Assembly: GCA_965203445.1 (NCBI GenBank)
Contig: OZ241883.1
Location: forward strand, 160,001 to 224,000
Direction of reading: 5' to 3'
From: Candidatus Oxydemutator sp.
GTDB taxonomy: Bacteria; Pseudomonadota; Gammaproteobacteria; Poriferisulfidales; Oxydemutatoraceae
DNA: 64,000 bases
The first letter of the stretch is position 1. The number at the start of each line of letters is the position of its first letter. A program made the position numbers and the translations under genes. Below are positions 17,897 through 27,643 of the stretch, one piece after another. The notes beneath the pieces are model-generated. The model ran no database searches. It was given only the letters and a program-made list of their open reading frames with translations, and was not told where the DNA came from.

Positions 17897-18409
17897 CTAC
17901 CCCGGCGCGCGGTATTTCCGCCGCGCCTGCAACAACAGATCGCACGCCTCGCGCACCGCGCCACAACCGCCCGCGCGCGACGCGACCCAATCGGCGCACG
18001 GCAGCACCTCGCGGTGGGCGTCGGCGGGCGCCAGCGCAAGCCCGGCGCACCGCATCGCCGGCAAATCCACCAGGTCGTCGCCCATGTAGGCGGCCCGCGG
18101 CGCGTCGAGACTGAGACGCACCAGCAACGCGGCAAGCACCGCGGCCTTGTCGCGGCAGCCTTGGTACACGTGCGCGACGCCGAGCTCGCCCATTCTCGCG
18201 GAGACAACGGCCGACTCGCGCGCGCTGGCGACGGCGACCTCGACACCGTGGTGCAGCAACAGACGAACGCCGTGCCCGTCCTTGACGTCGAAGCGCTTGA
18301 TCTCGCCGCCGTTTGCGCCGAAATACAACTTGCCGTCGGTGAGCACGCCGTCCACGTCGAACACCATCAGGTGCACGTTCGCGGCCTTGCGCAGGATGCC
18401 CTCGTCCAT
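17897..18409 (-). CDS. kdsC: KDO 8-phosphate phosphatase (HAD family)
   Basis: FDVDGVLTDG, DGHG, YMGDDLVD and GGCGAVRE motifs. Confidence 0.93.
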   Translation of the reverse strand: MDEGILRKAANVHLMVFDVDGVLTDGKLYFGANGGEIKRFDVKDGHGVRLLLHHGVEVAVASARESAVVSARMGELGVAHVYQGCRDKAAVLAALLVRLSLDAPRAAYMGDDLVDLPAMRCAGLALAPADAHREVLPCADWVASRAGGCGAVREACDLLLQARRKYRAPG

Positions 18410-18498
18410 CGAAAAAGAACCGACGGCGAAACGCGCGGCCAACGGTGATAAAATCGCCCCGTATCGCCGGCCCGCCTCGGCGCGCACATACTACAACA

Positions 18499-19824
18499 AT
18501 GCTGGCAACCGCTCCACTGCTGAAGACCTCCCGGCGCCTGGCGCTGACGCCCGGCGTACAACAAGCGCTGCGGCTGCTGCGGCTGTCCGCGGCCGAGTTG
18601 CGCGAAGAGGTGCAAAGCGCGTACGAGGCCAATCCGCTGCTCGAGGCGGAACACACCGACCCGGGCGAAACGCGCGTGTTTTCCGGCGCCGCCCCACAAG
18701 ACGCACCTGCGCTCGAGCAGCTCGCAAGTGAAAACCTGAGCCTGTCGCAACACCTGCTGCGCCAAACCGCCATGCTCGGCCTGGACGAACGCCGCCAAGC
18801 CGCGGTCGAGACCATTGTCGGGGCGCTGGACGACGACGGTTATCTGCGCGAGCCGCTCGAAACGCTGCAAGATCACCTGCGCGCGCCGCCGCCTTCGGCC
18901 GCGGAGCTTGAGCAGCTGCTGCGGCTGGTGCAAAAACTCGACCCGGTCGGCTGCGGCGCGCGCTCGCTCTCCGAATGTCTGGCGGCGCAACTCGGGCAGC
19001 GCCCCGCAAACCGCGCGCACGCCGCACTGGCGAGGAGCATCGTCGAAAAGCATCTCACGGCGCTGGCGGCGCACGACTACCGCAAGATAAGGCGCGCGTG
19101 CGGGTGCGGACAGACCGAGCTGGAGGCGGCGGTGACACTGATCCGCGCGCTCAACCCCAGGCCCGGCTCGCAAATCGGCGACGACCACTCGATCTACGTG
19201 ATTCCCGACCTGATCGCGACCCGCGACGACGGACGCGGCTGGAGGCTGCGGCTGAACCCGCGCCTGCTGCCGCGCCTCTCGATCAACAAGAATTACCGGC
19301 GATTGCTGACACAAAGCGCCGCCGCCGGCGACCGCGACTACTTGAAAAAGTGCCTGGCGCAGGCACATCAGCTGATCTACGGCGTCAACGGCCGCAACCG
19401 GACGCTGCTCAGGGTCGGACGCGCGATCCTCGAGCGGCAACGCGGTTTCATCGAACACCGCGAGCTTGGCCTCAGGCCGCTGACGGCGCGGCACGTCGCG
19501 CAGCGCTTGTCGCTGCACGAGTCCACCGTGTGTCGCGCGACCAAGGAAAAATACATGATGACACCCGCCGGATTGTACGAGTTGCGGTATTTCTTCTCGA
19601 CCGGCCTCGGCGGCGAAAACGGCCACTCGGCGGCGGCGACCAAGGCGAGGATACGCGAACTGCTGGCGCACGAAGACCGCGCCGCGCCGCTCAGCGACCG
19701 CCGGATCGCCGAACGCCTCAACGCCGGCGGCGTCCGCATCGCGCGCCGCACGGTCGCCAAATACCGCGAAAACATGCGCATTCCGACGGCCTCGGTGCGA
19801 CGCGCGATGCGATTCGCAATATAA
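18499..19824 (+). CDS. rpoN: RNA polymerase sigma-54 factor
   Basis: QQALRLL region I, LDDDGYL, HESTVCR, LSD, RpoN box ARRTVAKYRE. Confidence 0.95.
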   Translation: MLATAPLLKTSRRLALTPGVQQALRLLRLSAAELREEVQSAYEANPLLEAEHTDPGETRVFSGAAPQDAPALEQLASENLSLSQHLLRQTAMLGLDERRQAAVETIVGALDDDGYLREPLETLQDHLRAPPPSAAELEQLLRLVQKLDPVGCGARSLSECLAAQLGQRPANRAHAALARSIVEKHLTALAAHDYRKIRRACGCGQTELEAAVTLIRALNPRPGSQIGDDHSIYVIPDLIATRDDGRGWRLRLNPRLLPRLSINKNYRRLLTQSAAAGDRDYLKKCLAQAHQLIYGVNGRNRTLLRVGRAILERQRGFIEHRELGLRPLTARHVAQRLSLHESTVCRATKEKYMMTPAGLYELRYFFSTGLGGENGHSAAATKARIRELLAHEDRAAPLSDRRIAERLNAGGVRIARRTVAKYRENMRIPTASVRRAMRFAI

Positions 19825-19859
19825 TCGCCGTTTGTCACCGGAAAAACCAGGAGCAGTCC

Positions 19860-20183
19860 ATGCAAGTACAGATCTCAGCGCAGCATTTCGACATGACCGA
19901 AGCCATCGAGCGGCACGTGCACGACAAGCTGGCACGCCTGAAAAAACATTTTGACCACGTCGTCAACGCCCACGTCGTCCTCAAGGTGCAAAAGAGCGGG
20001 CACGTCGCCGAGGCGACGATACACGTCAGGCACCACGACTTCTTCGCTGACGCCCGCGCCGAAAACCTGTACACCGCGATAGACACGCTGGTGCACAGGC
20101 TAGACCGCCAGATCCTGAAGTACAAGGAAAAGGTCAGGGATCACCACAACCAGGAGAGCCAGCACCACCTGCCGCCCAGGTAA
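19860..20183 (+). CDS. hpf: Ribosome hibernation promoting factor
   Basis: MQVQISAQHFDMTEAI...LYTAID...LDRQILKYKEK; follows rpoN. Confidence 0.95.
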   Translation: MQVQISAQHFDMTEAIERHVHDKLARLKKHFDHVVNAHVVLKVQKSGHVAEATIHVRHHDFFADARAENLYTAIDTLVHRLDRQILKYKEKVRDHHNQESQHHLPPR

Positions 20184-20190
20184 CGCCGCG

Positions 20191-20652
20191 ATGCACTTCA
20201 GCAGCTACCTGAACACTGACCACATCAGGCTACTTTCCTCGATCAGCAGCAAGAAAAAGACTCTCGAGCTGCTGGCCGAGCTGCTGGCGTCGCAAAACGG
20301 CGCGCTCGACGCGCACCGGATTTTCAACCAGCTGGTCGAGCGCGAGCAGATGGGCAGCACCGCGATCGGCCACGGCGCGGCGATTCCGCACTGCCGCCTG
20401 GCCGGCCTCGACGCGCCGCTGGCGGCGCTGCTGCGGGTGGACGCCGGCGTCAACTACGACGCCGACGACGGCCTGCCGGTGCGCCTGTTGTTCGCGCTGC
20501 TGGTGCCGGAAAACGCGACCAAACAGCACCTCGAGCTGCTGGCCGGGCTGGCGACGCTATTGAACGAACCGGTGTTCGTGCGGCGCCTGCTCGAGGCGGA
20601 CGGCGAACAACAGGTGCTCGACCTGCTCAAACGGGAGGCGCAACCGCAATGA
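20191..20652 (+). CDS. ptsN: PTS EIIA-Ntr
   Basis: SKKK, REQMGSTAIGHGAAIPHCR motifs. Confidence 0.93.
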   Translation: MHFSSYLNTDHIRLLSSISSKKKTLELLAELLASQNGALDAHRIFNQLVEREQMGSTAIGHGAAIPHCRLAGLDAPLAALLRVDAGVNYDADDGLPVRLLFALLVPENATKQHLELLAGLATLLNEPVFVRRLLEADGEQQVLDLLKREAQPQ

Positions 20653-21581
20653 GCGACTCGCTGACCGTCGCCGAACTCCACGACAATCTCCGCGACCAGT
20701 TGAAACTGGAGTGGATCGCCGGCAGGAACGCCGACGACAGAAAATTCATCAAACTGCAGGAAGGCTCGCCGATCGGGATGGCCGGATATTTCAACCCGAT
20801 CCATTCGAGCCAGGCGCACGTGATGGACGAGGCGGAGATGAACCACCTGCGACGGCTGGAGCCGGACAGGCGCGAGATTGCGTTCGAGAGGCTGTTCGGC
20901 AAGGCGTGCCTTGCGGTCATCATCACCGGCGGGCAGGCGCCGACGCCGGAAATGCGCGCGCGCGCCGACGCCAGCCACGTCGGCCTGTTCACTTCGAGCG
21001 TGTCGGGGGAACACGCGGTCAACGATCTGCGCTATTTCCTGGCGCGCTCGCTCGCCGAGAAAGTCACGATGCACGGCGTGCTGATGGAGATCACCAGCGT
21101 CGGCGTGCTGCTGACCGGGGAAAGCGGCGTCGGCAAGAGCGAACTGGCGCTCGAACTGATCACGCGCGGACACCGCCTGATCGCCGACGACGCGCCGGTG
21201 TTCACGCGCATCGCACCGGACATCGTCGAGGGCCGCTCGCCACCGGTGATCCAGGACCTGCTCGAGGTGCGCGGCCTCGGCATACTCAACATCCGCAAGA
21301 TGTACGGCAACAGCGCGATCAAGAAGAGCAAATACCTGAAACTGATCATCCACTTCGAGAGCGCGCGTTCCGGCGGCGGCGACCGCATCACCGGCATTCG
21401 CGCGGGCCGGGACGTGCTCGGGCTGCCGATGCCGGTGTTCAAACTGCCGGTGGCGCCGGGACGCAACCTCGCGGTCATGGTCGAGGCCGCGGTGCGCAAC
21501 CACCTGCTGCAAGTCGAGGGCGACTTCACCGAAAAAGAAATCAGCGAACGCCAGAAAGCCGCGATGGCCGCGGGTGCATGA
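20649..21581 (+). CDS. hprK: HPr(Ser) kinase/phosphorylase
   Basis: HGV, GESGVGKSE, LIADD, LEVRGLG and PGRN motifs. Confidence 0.96.
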   Translation: MSDSLTVAELHDNLRDQLKLEWIAGRNADDRKFIKLQEGSPIGMAGYFNPIHSSQAHVMDEAEMNHLRRLEPDRREIAFERLFGKACLAVIITGGQAPTPEMRARADASHVGLFTSSVSGEHAVNDLRYFLARSLAEKVTMHGVLMEITSVGVLLTGESGVGKSELALELITRGHRLIADDAPVFTRIAPDIVEGRSPPVIQDLLEVRGLGILNIRKMYGNSAIKKSKYLKLIIHFESARSGGGDRITGIRAGRDVLGLPMPVFKLPVAPGRNLAVMVEAAVRNHLLQVEGDFTEKEISERQKAAMAAGA

Positions 21582-22483
21582 GGATCGTCATCATCAGCGG
21601 CCTGTCCGGCGCCGGCAAATCGGTGGCGATGCACACGCTCGAGGATCACCAGTTCTACTGCATAGACAACCTGCCGCTCGATCTTTTCGGCGGCTTCATC
21701 AGCGGCATCGTCGGCGGCAAAACCTCGCTCGGCGACAACGTCGCAGTCAGCGTGGACGCGCGCAGCCTGCACGCGCCCGGCGCCGACTTCAAGGAGGCGC
21801 TCGAGTGCCTGAAGGAGGCCGGCATAGAGACCGACGTGCTGTTCATAGACGCCGACAAGGAGACCCTGTTGCGGCGCTACAACGAGACGCGCCGCCCGCA
21901 CCCGATGGCGGTGTATCAGCCGCACAAGAGCCTCGAGGAACACGTCGACAACGAAAAGGAGCTGCTAGGCGACGTCCTGATGAGCGCGACGATAAAAATA
22001 AGCACCGCCGACCTCAACCAGAATCAACTGAGGGACCTCGTGGCGCGGGAGTTGTGCCGAGACAAAACGGCGCTGTCGGTACTGCTGCAATCGTTCGGCT
22101 ACAAGAACGGGGTGCCGTCGAACTCAGATTACGTGTTCGACGTGCGCTGCCTGCCCAACCCGTACTGGCAGCCCGAACTGCGCAACTACACCGGCAACGA
22201 CGAACAGGTGGCGCGGTTTCTCGACGGCGACCGACACTGTAGCGAGCTGCTGGAGGACGTGTACCGTTTTCTGCACAAGTGGCTTCCGCAATTCAGCCTC
22301 GACGCGCGCAGCTACGTGACGGTCTCGGTCGGCTGCACCGGCGGGCGCCATCGCTCGGTGTACGTGGTCGAAAAACTCTACCGGCGGCTGCGCCGAGAAA
22401 TACCCGAAACGCAATGCATCACCGCCAGACGGCACCGCGATCTCGCCGACGCCCACGCCGCTGGCGGCACCGGGACGCAGTGA
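21578..22483 (+). CDS. rapZ: RNase adapter RapZ
   Basis: SGLSGAGKS, CIDNLP, SFGYK, FDVRCLPNP and GCTGGRHRS motifs. Confidence 0.96.
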   Translation: MRIVIISGLSGAGKSVAMHTLEDHQFYCIDNLPLDLFGGFISGIVGGKTSLGDNVAVSVDARSLHAPGADFKEALECLKEAGIETDVLFIDADKETLLRRYNETRRPHPMAVYQPHKSLEEHVDNEKELLGDVLMSATIKISTADLNQNQLRDLVARELCRDKTALSVLLQSFGYKNGVPSNSDYVFDVRCLPNPYWQPELRNYTGNDEQVARFLDGDRHCSELLEDVYRFLHKWLPQFSLDARSYVTVSVGCTGGRHRSVYVVEKLYRRLRREIPETQCITARRHRDLADAHAAGGTGTQ

Positions 22484-22490
22484 ACTCCCC

Positions 22491-22892
22491 ATGCCCACGC
22501 CGATACTGCTGATCACACACGACGGCATCGGCGAGCAGCTGCTCGAGACGGCGGCGGCGATCCAGCCGCTGGCGACCGAGGCGCGCGTGCTGCCGGTGCC
22601 GTTTTCGTGCGATCCGGAACGAGCCGTCGAGAAGGCGCGACGCCTGTGCGACGAGATGGACCGCGGCGCGGGCGTCCTGATTCTGACCGATCTCTACGGC
22701 GCCACGCCGTGCAACGTCGCCACCCGCCTGTGCGCCCCGGACAAAAGGCGCGTCGTCAGCGGCGTCAATCTGCCGATGCTGCTGCGCTCGCTCAACTATT
22801 GCGAGCTCGGCGTCGAGGAACTGGCGGCCAAGGCCGCCGAAGGCGGGCGCGACGGCGTCGTCGCCCTCGCCCACCGGGGGCCGCCGGCGTGA
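22491..22892 (+). CDS. PTS mannose/fructose-type EIIA component
   Basis: LLITHDG, LTDLYGATPCN and GVNLPML motifs. Confidence 0.92.
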   Translation: MPTPILLITHDGIGEQLLETAAAIQPLATEARVLPVPFSCDPERAVEKARRLCDEMDRGAGVLILTDLYGATPCNVATRLCAPDKRRVVSGVNLPMLLRSLNYCELGVEELAAKAAEGGRDGVVALAHRGPPA

Positions 22893-23158
22893 TCGAGAAA
22901 CGAGTCACCATCGTCAACAAGCTCGGGCTGCACGCGCGCGCGGCCTCCAAACTGGTGACGCTGGCGTCGAACTTCGCAAGCGACGTGCAACTATCGAAGA
23001 GCGGACAGACCATAAACGGCAAAAGCATCATGGGCGTGATGATGCTGGCCGCGTCCCAGGGCACGACGCTGGAAATGACCGTCAGCGGCGAGGACGAGCA
23101 GGAGGCCGCGGCGCGGCTCGAGCGCCTGATCCGGGAACGTTTCGGGGAAGACGAGTAA
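22889..23158 (+). CDS. ptsH: HPr/NPr phosphocarrier protein
   Basis: NKLGLHARAA (His15) and GKSIMG (Ser46). Confidence 0.93.
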   Translation: MIEKRVTIVNKLGLHARAASKLVTLASNFASDVQLSKSGQTINGKSIMGVMMLAASQGTTLEMTVSGEDEQEAAARLERLIRERFGEDE

Positions 23159-24882
23159 TGACTCTGCTGCTTACCGGCGTCGGCGTATCGCGCGGCATCG
23201 GCATCGGCCCGGTGCACGTGCTCGAGCGCGGCAGGCCTGAAAGCATCCGTTACGCGATCGCCGACGACCGCCTCGGGGAAGAAGTCGCACGTTTCAGAAA
23301 AGCGCACCGCCGCGCGTTGAAACATTTGAAACACATCCGCAGCGCGATCCCCGACGACGCGCCGCGCGACATCGCGGCCTTCATAGACTCGCACCTGCTG
23401 ATGATAGACGACGCGCTGCTGAAAACAACGCCGGCGGAAATCATCAGGCGCCAGAAATGCAACGCCGAGTGGGCCCTGCAAACGCAGGAAAACGAACTGG
23501 TGCGCGTGTTCGACGAGATGCAGGACGGCTACCTGAAGACCCGGCGCGACGACGTCGAACACATCATCCGCCTGATACGGGGTTTCCTCGACGACGAACA
23601 CTACGCGCTGAAGGATCCGCACAAGAACCTGAAGGGACACGTCATCGCCGCCGACGACCTGACGCCGGCGGACACTATCATGCTCGAGCACCGACACATC
23701 GCCGGCTTCATCACCGAGTGCGGCGGGCCGACGTCGCACACCGCGATTCTGTCGCGCAGTTTCGGCATCCCGTCCATCGTCGCGGTCGCGGGCGCGCGCG
23801 CGCACCTGGTCGAGGGCGAGCGCGTCGTCATAGACGGCACCAGGGGGCTGCTGGTGATCGGCGCGGACAACAAAACCCTGCGCGAATACCGGCGCCGTAT
23901 AAAACTCGAAAAAGAGCACCAGAAAAAGCTCGAGACCATCAAGGACAAGCCGACGCGCACGCGCGACGGCACCCGCGTCGCGCTGATGGCGAACATCGAG
24001 CTGAACGAGGACATCCGCGCGCTCAGGCGCCACGGTGCCGACGGCGTCGGGCTGTACCGCACCGAGTTCCTCTACATAGATCGCCACCGCGCCGCCGACG
24101 AGGACGAGCAACTCGCCGCCTACCGCAGGATATTGCGCGCCGCAAACGGCAACCCGGTAACAATCCGCACGCTCGACCTCGGCGCCGAGAAGGAATTTGA
24201 CCCCAACTATTCCGGGCCGCTCGCGCCCAACCCGGCGCTCGGCCTGCGCGCCATCCGGCGCTCGTTGAAAAACCCGGAGCTGTTCCTACGGCAGCTGCGG
24301 GCCATCCTGCGCGCCTCGGCCCACGGAGAGTTGCGCATCCTGATACCGATGCTGACCAGCAGCCACGAGGTGTGCCAGATCATGGAGCTGTACCGGCTCG
24401 CGCAAAAGCAGCTGGCGACGGCCGGGAAACGCTTCGACGAAGGCATCGCGATCGGCGGCATGATAGAGGTGCCGGCGGCGGCGGTGGCGGCGGAGACGCT
24501 CGGCCGCGACCTCGACTTCCTGTCCATCGGCACCAACGACCTGATCCAATACGCCCTCGCGATAGACCGCATAGACGAGGAGGTCAGCTATCTCTACGAC
24601 CCGCTGCACCCGGGCGTGCTGCGATTGATAGACGCGGTCATCCGCGCCGGTCGGCGCCTGAAAATTCCGGTCGCAATGTGCGGGGAAATGGCCGGCGACC
24701 GGCGCTTCACCCGGCTGCTGCTGGCGATGGGCCTGCGGGAATTCAGCGTCCAGCCGAACGACCTGCTGGAGATCAAAAGCATCATCCTCGACAGCGACGT
24801 CCCGGCGCTGCAACGCAAATACCGCCGCGTCCTGGCGTCGCGCAAACCGGAGCGGGTGGCCGAAATGATGGACGACTGCTGA
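23158..24882 (+). CDS. ptsI: PTS enzyme I
   Basis: GGPTSHTAI, GLYRTEF, NPALGLRAIR, SIGTNDL, MCGEMAG; no GAF domain. Confidence 0.95.
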   Translation: MTLLLTGVGVSRGIGIGPVHVLERGRPESIRYAIADDRLGEEVARFRKAHRRALKHLKHIRSAIPDDAPRDIAAFIDSHLLMIDDALLKTTPAEIIRRQKCNAEWALQTQENELVRVFDEMQDGYLKTRRDDVEHIIRLIRGFLDDEHYALKDPHKNLKGHVIAADDLTPADTIMLEHRHIAGFITECGGPTSHTAILSRSFGIPSIVAVAGARAHLVEGERVVIDGTRGLLVIGADNKTLREYRRRIKLEKEHQKKLETIKDKPTRTRDGTRVALMANIELNEDIRALRRHGADGVGLYRTEFLYIDRHRAADEDEQLAAYRRILRAANGNPVTIRTLDLGAEKEFDPNYSGPLAPNPALGLRAIRRSLKNPELFLRQLRAILRASAHGELRILIPMLTSSHEVCQIMELYRLAQKQLATAGKRFDEGIAIGGMIEVPAAAVAAETLGRDLDFLSIGTNDLIQYALAIDRIDEEVSYLYDPLHPGVLRLIDAVIRAGRRLKIPVAMCGEMAGDRRFTRLLLAMGLREFSVQPNDLLEIKSIILDSDVPALQRKYRRVLASRKPERVAEMMDDC

Positions 24883-24883
24883 C

Positions 24884-25756
24884 GTGGAAACCATCACCTA
24901 CCTGGTCGCCAATTACAACAACGCCCGCTACGTCGAGGACTGCCTGGTGTCGCTGAAAAACCAGAGCTGCGACCGCTGGCGGTGCATCGTCTGCGACGAC
25001 CACAGCACCGACGACTCGGTCGCGATCATCAAAAGACACCCGGACTCCAGGATTCGTTTGCTGGAGAACTCGAGAAACGTCGGCTATATCAAGACCCTGA
25101 AAAGGATGATCGCGGCCGCGCCGAGCGATATCGTCGGCATTCTGGACTCCGACGACGCCTTGGGAAAAGACGCCACCGCGTGCGTGCTGCAAGCATACGC
25201 CGACGACAAAAACGCAGGCTTTGTGTTCACGAGATATACGACCATGGATGAAAATCTATCACGTCAAATCAGAGGTCCTATCACCCCCAGCATTGAAGGC
25301 GGCAAATATTCGGCGCTGCTGGACACCAGCGGCGTCGGCCAACTGAGAAGCTTCAGAAAATCGCTTTATTACCGCACGCAGGGACTCGATGAGAGCATGC
25401 TCTACGCGGAGGACAGAGACTTGATCTACAAGATGGAAGAAGTAACCCCCCTGGTTTTCGTCGACGAAGTCCTGTACAAATACCGCCTAGTCGGAAATTC
25501 GCAATCTCACGACCCGGTAAAGGTCGTAATCGGCGCGCGCAACCACCTTAGGGCGCGAAAAAACGCACTGCGCAGAAGGAACGTCACAGGTCCGTATTAT
25601 GCCCTTCACTTCGTTTACAATACGGCCGTTCACTATCGCTATCTGTATGAGGGTTCTACCAAAATACATCTGCGGTGTCTGGTAAATATCCTCAGGAAAA
25701 TCGAGTACGTGTTTCTGCGCGTCCTGCGCGCGGGATGCCGCGGATGGGGAACATAG
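24884..25756 (+). CDS. GT2 glycosyltransferase, copy 1
   Basis: ANYN, CDDHSTD, ILDSDD and AEDRDL motifs. Confidence 0.92.
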   Translation: METITYLVANYNNARYVEDCLVSLKNQSCDRWRCIVCDDHSTDDSVAIIKRHPDSRIRLLENSRNVGYIKTLKRMIAAAPSDIVGILDSDDALGKDATACVLQAYADDKNAGFVFTRYTTMDENLSRQIRGPITPSIEGGKYSALLDTSGVGQLRSFRKSLYYRTQGLDESMLYAEDRDLIYKMEEVTPLVFVDEVLYKYRLVGNSQSHDPVKVVIGARNHLRARKNALRRRNVTGPYYALHFVYNTAVHYRYLYEGSTKIHLRCLVNILRKIEYVFLRVLRAGCRGWGT

Positions 25757-25787
25757 CCACCCCAGAAATATCAACGGAACTACACCG

Positions 25788-26663
25788 ATGGGAACCATCA
25801 CCTACCTGGTCGCCAATTACAACAACGCCCGCTACGTCGAGGACTGCCTGGTGTCGCTGAAAAACCAGAGCTGCGACCGCTGGCGGTGCATCGTCTGCGA
25901 CGACCACAGCACCGACGACTCGGTCGCGATCATCAAAAGACACCTGGACTCCAGAATTCGTTTGCTGGAGAACTCGAAAAACGTCGGCTATATCGGGACC
26001 CTGAAAAGGATGATAGCGGCCGCGCCGAGCGATATCGTCGGCATTCTGGACTCCGACGACGCCTTGGAAAAAGACGCCACCGCGTGCGTGCTGCAAGCGT
26101 ACGCCGACGACAAAAACGCAGGCTTCGTGTTCACGAGATTCGCGTACATGGATGAAAACCTGCGATGTCAACTGCGCGTTTCCGGTGCCCCCGACTTCAC
26201 AAACGCCAGACCTTCGGCGCTGTTGGACACCGACGGCGCCAGCCACCTGAAAACCTTCAGAAAATCGCTTTATTACCGCACGCAGGGACTCGATGAGAGC
26301 ATGCTCTACGCGGAGGACAGAGACCTGGTCTACAAGCTGCAAGAAGCAACCCGCCCGGTCTTTATTGACGAAGTCCTGTACAAATACCGCGTAACCAGAA
26401 ATTCGCAATCTCACGGCGACCCGGTAAGTACCGTAATCGGCATGCGCAACCATCTTAGGGCGCGAAAAAACGTGCTGCACAGAAGGAACGCCACAGGTCT
26501 ATATTATGCCCTGCACCTTGTTCACTCCACGGTTTACTGCCATATGTACGTGTACGAGGCTTCCACCAAAATACATCTGCGGTGTCTGGCAAGTATCCTG
26601 AGGAAAATCGAGCCCAGGCTGCGGCGCACCCTTCGCGCCAGACGCGGCGAATCGGATGTATAG
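25788..26663 (+). CDS. GT2 glycosyltransferase, copy 2
   Basis: Same motifs; near-identical 5' half to copy 1. Confidence 0.92.
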   Translation: MGTITYLVANYNNARYVEDCLVSLKNQSCDRWRCIVCDDHSTDDSVAIIKRHLDSRIRLLENSKNVGYIGTLKRMIAAAPSDIVGILDSDDALEKDATACVLQAYADDKNAGFVFTRFAYMDENLRCQLRVSGAPDFTNARPSALLDTDGASHLKTFRKSLYYRTQGLDESMLYAEDRDLVYKLQEATRPVFIDEVLYKYRVTRNSQSHGDPVSTVIGMRNHLRARKNVLHRRNATGLYYALHLVHSTVYCHMYVYEASTKIHLRCLASILRKIEPRLRRTLRARRGESDV

Positions 26664-26694
26664 CCGCCCCGGGAATATCAACGGAAATACACCG

Positions 26695-27636
26695 ATGGAA
26701 ACCATCACCTACCTGGTCGCCAATTACAACAACGCCCGCTACGTCGAGGACTGCCTGGTGTCGTTGAAAAACCAGACCTGCGACCGCTGGAGGTGCATCG
26801 TCTGCGACGACCACAGCACCGACGACTCGGTCGTGATCATCAAAAGACACCCGGACTCCAGGATTCGTTTGCTGGAGAACTCGAAAAACGTCGGCTATAT
26901 CGGGACCCTGAAAAGGATGATAGCGGCCGCGCCGAGCGATATCGTCGGCATTCTGGACTCCGACGACGCCTTGGAAAAAGACGCCACCGCGCACGTGCTG
27001 CAAGCGTACGCCGACGACAAAAACACAAGTTTTGTGTTCACGAGATTCGCGTACATGGATGAAAACCTGCGATGTCAACTGGGCGTTTCCGGCGTCCCCG
27101 GCAGCAGGGCCGGCGGACATTCGGAACTGCTGTTGACCTGCGGCAACGTCAGCGCCTTGAGAAGCTTCAGAAAGTCACTTTATTACCGCACCGAGGGACT
27201 CGATGAGAGCATGCTCTACGCGGAGGACAGAGACCTGATCTATAAGCTGGAAGAAAAAACCCGCCCGGTTTTCATTGACGAAGTCCTGTACAAATGGCGC
27301 GTAATCGGCGATTCGCAATCTAACGACCCCGTAAAGAACAGAATCGGCAGGCACAATCACCGCAGGGCGAGAAAAAACTCGCTATGCAGGAGACAAATCC
27401 GGGGTGCACAATATTTTCTTTTGCGCGCCTACCTGAGACTGATCGCACATTCCCCCACCTCCCCCAAGGGGGAGCGATGGCCGAAGCGCCTATGCAGAAC
27501 CGTGATCAGGGCCGCGCAAAACGGACTTGCACGGCGCATTACGCCCTTGGGCACTCACGCGGCCGCTGATCAGGCCACAACCGGGAAAATGCCGGCTGGC
27601 TGCGGCGACGCCAAACACGCCCCGCGCCGTCTCTGA
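26695..27636 (+). CDS. GT2 glycosyltransferase, copy 3
   Basis: Same motifs; divergent C-terminus. Confidence 0.92.
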   Translation: METITYLVANYNNARYVEDCLVSLKNQTCDRWRCIVCDDHSTDDSVVIIKRHPDSRIRLLENSKNVGYIGTLKRMIAAAPSDIVGILDSDDALEKDATAHVLQAYADDKNTSFVFTRFAYMDENLRCQLGVSGVPGSRAGGHSELLLTCGNVSALRSFRKSLYYRTEGLDESMLYAEDRDLIYKLEEKTRPVFIDEVLYKWRVIGDSQSNDPVKNRIGRHNHRRARKNSLCRRQIRGAQYFLLRAYLRLIAHSPTSPKGERWPKRLCRTVIRAAQNGLARRITPLGTHAAADQATTGKMPAGCGDAKHAPRRL

Positions 27637-27643
27637 ACGGCCG

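Larger units (their letters stand above)
24884..27380 (+). repeat. Tandem triplication with a period of about 905 bp
   Basis: Gene starts at 24884, 25788 and 26695; accatcacctacctggtcgccaattacaac occurs three times; the upstream atatcaacggaa.tacaccgatg segment is repeated. Confidence 0.95.

Noticed and set aside
24884-27636. Diversity-generating retroelement or invertase shufflon behind the GT2 variation
   Set aside because: No reverse transcriptase or recombinase, no inverted sites, and the differences are not visibly adenine-specific.
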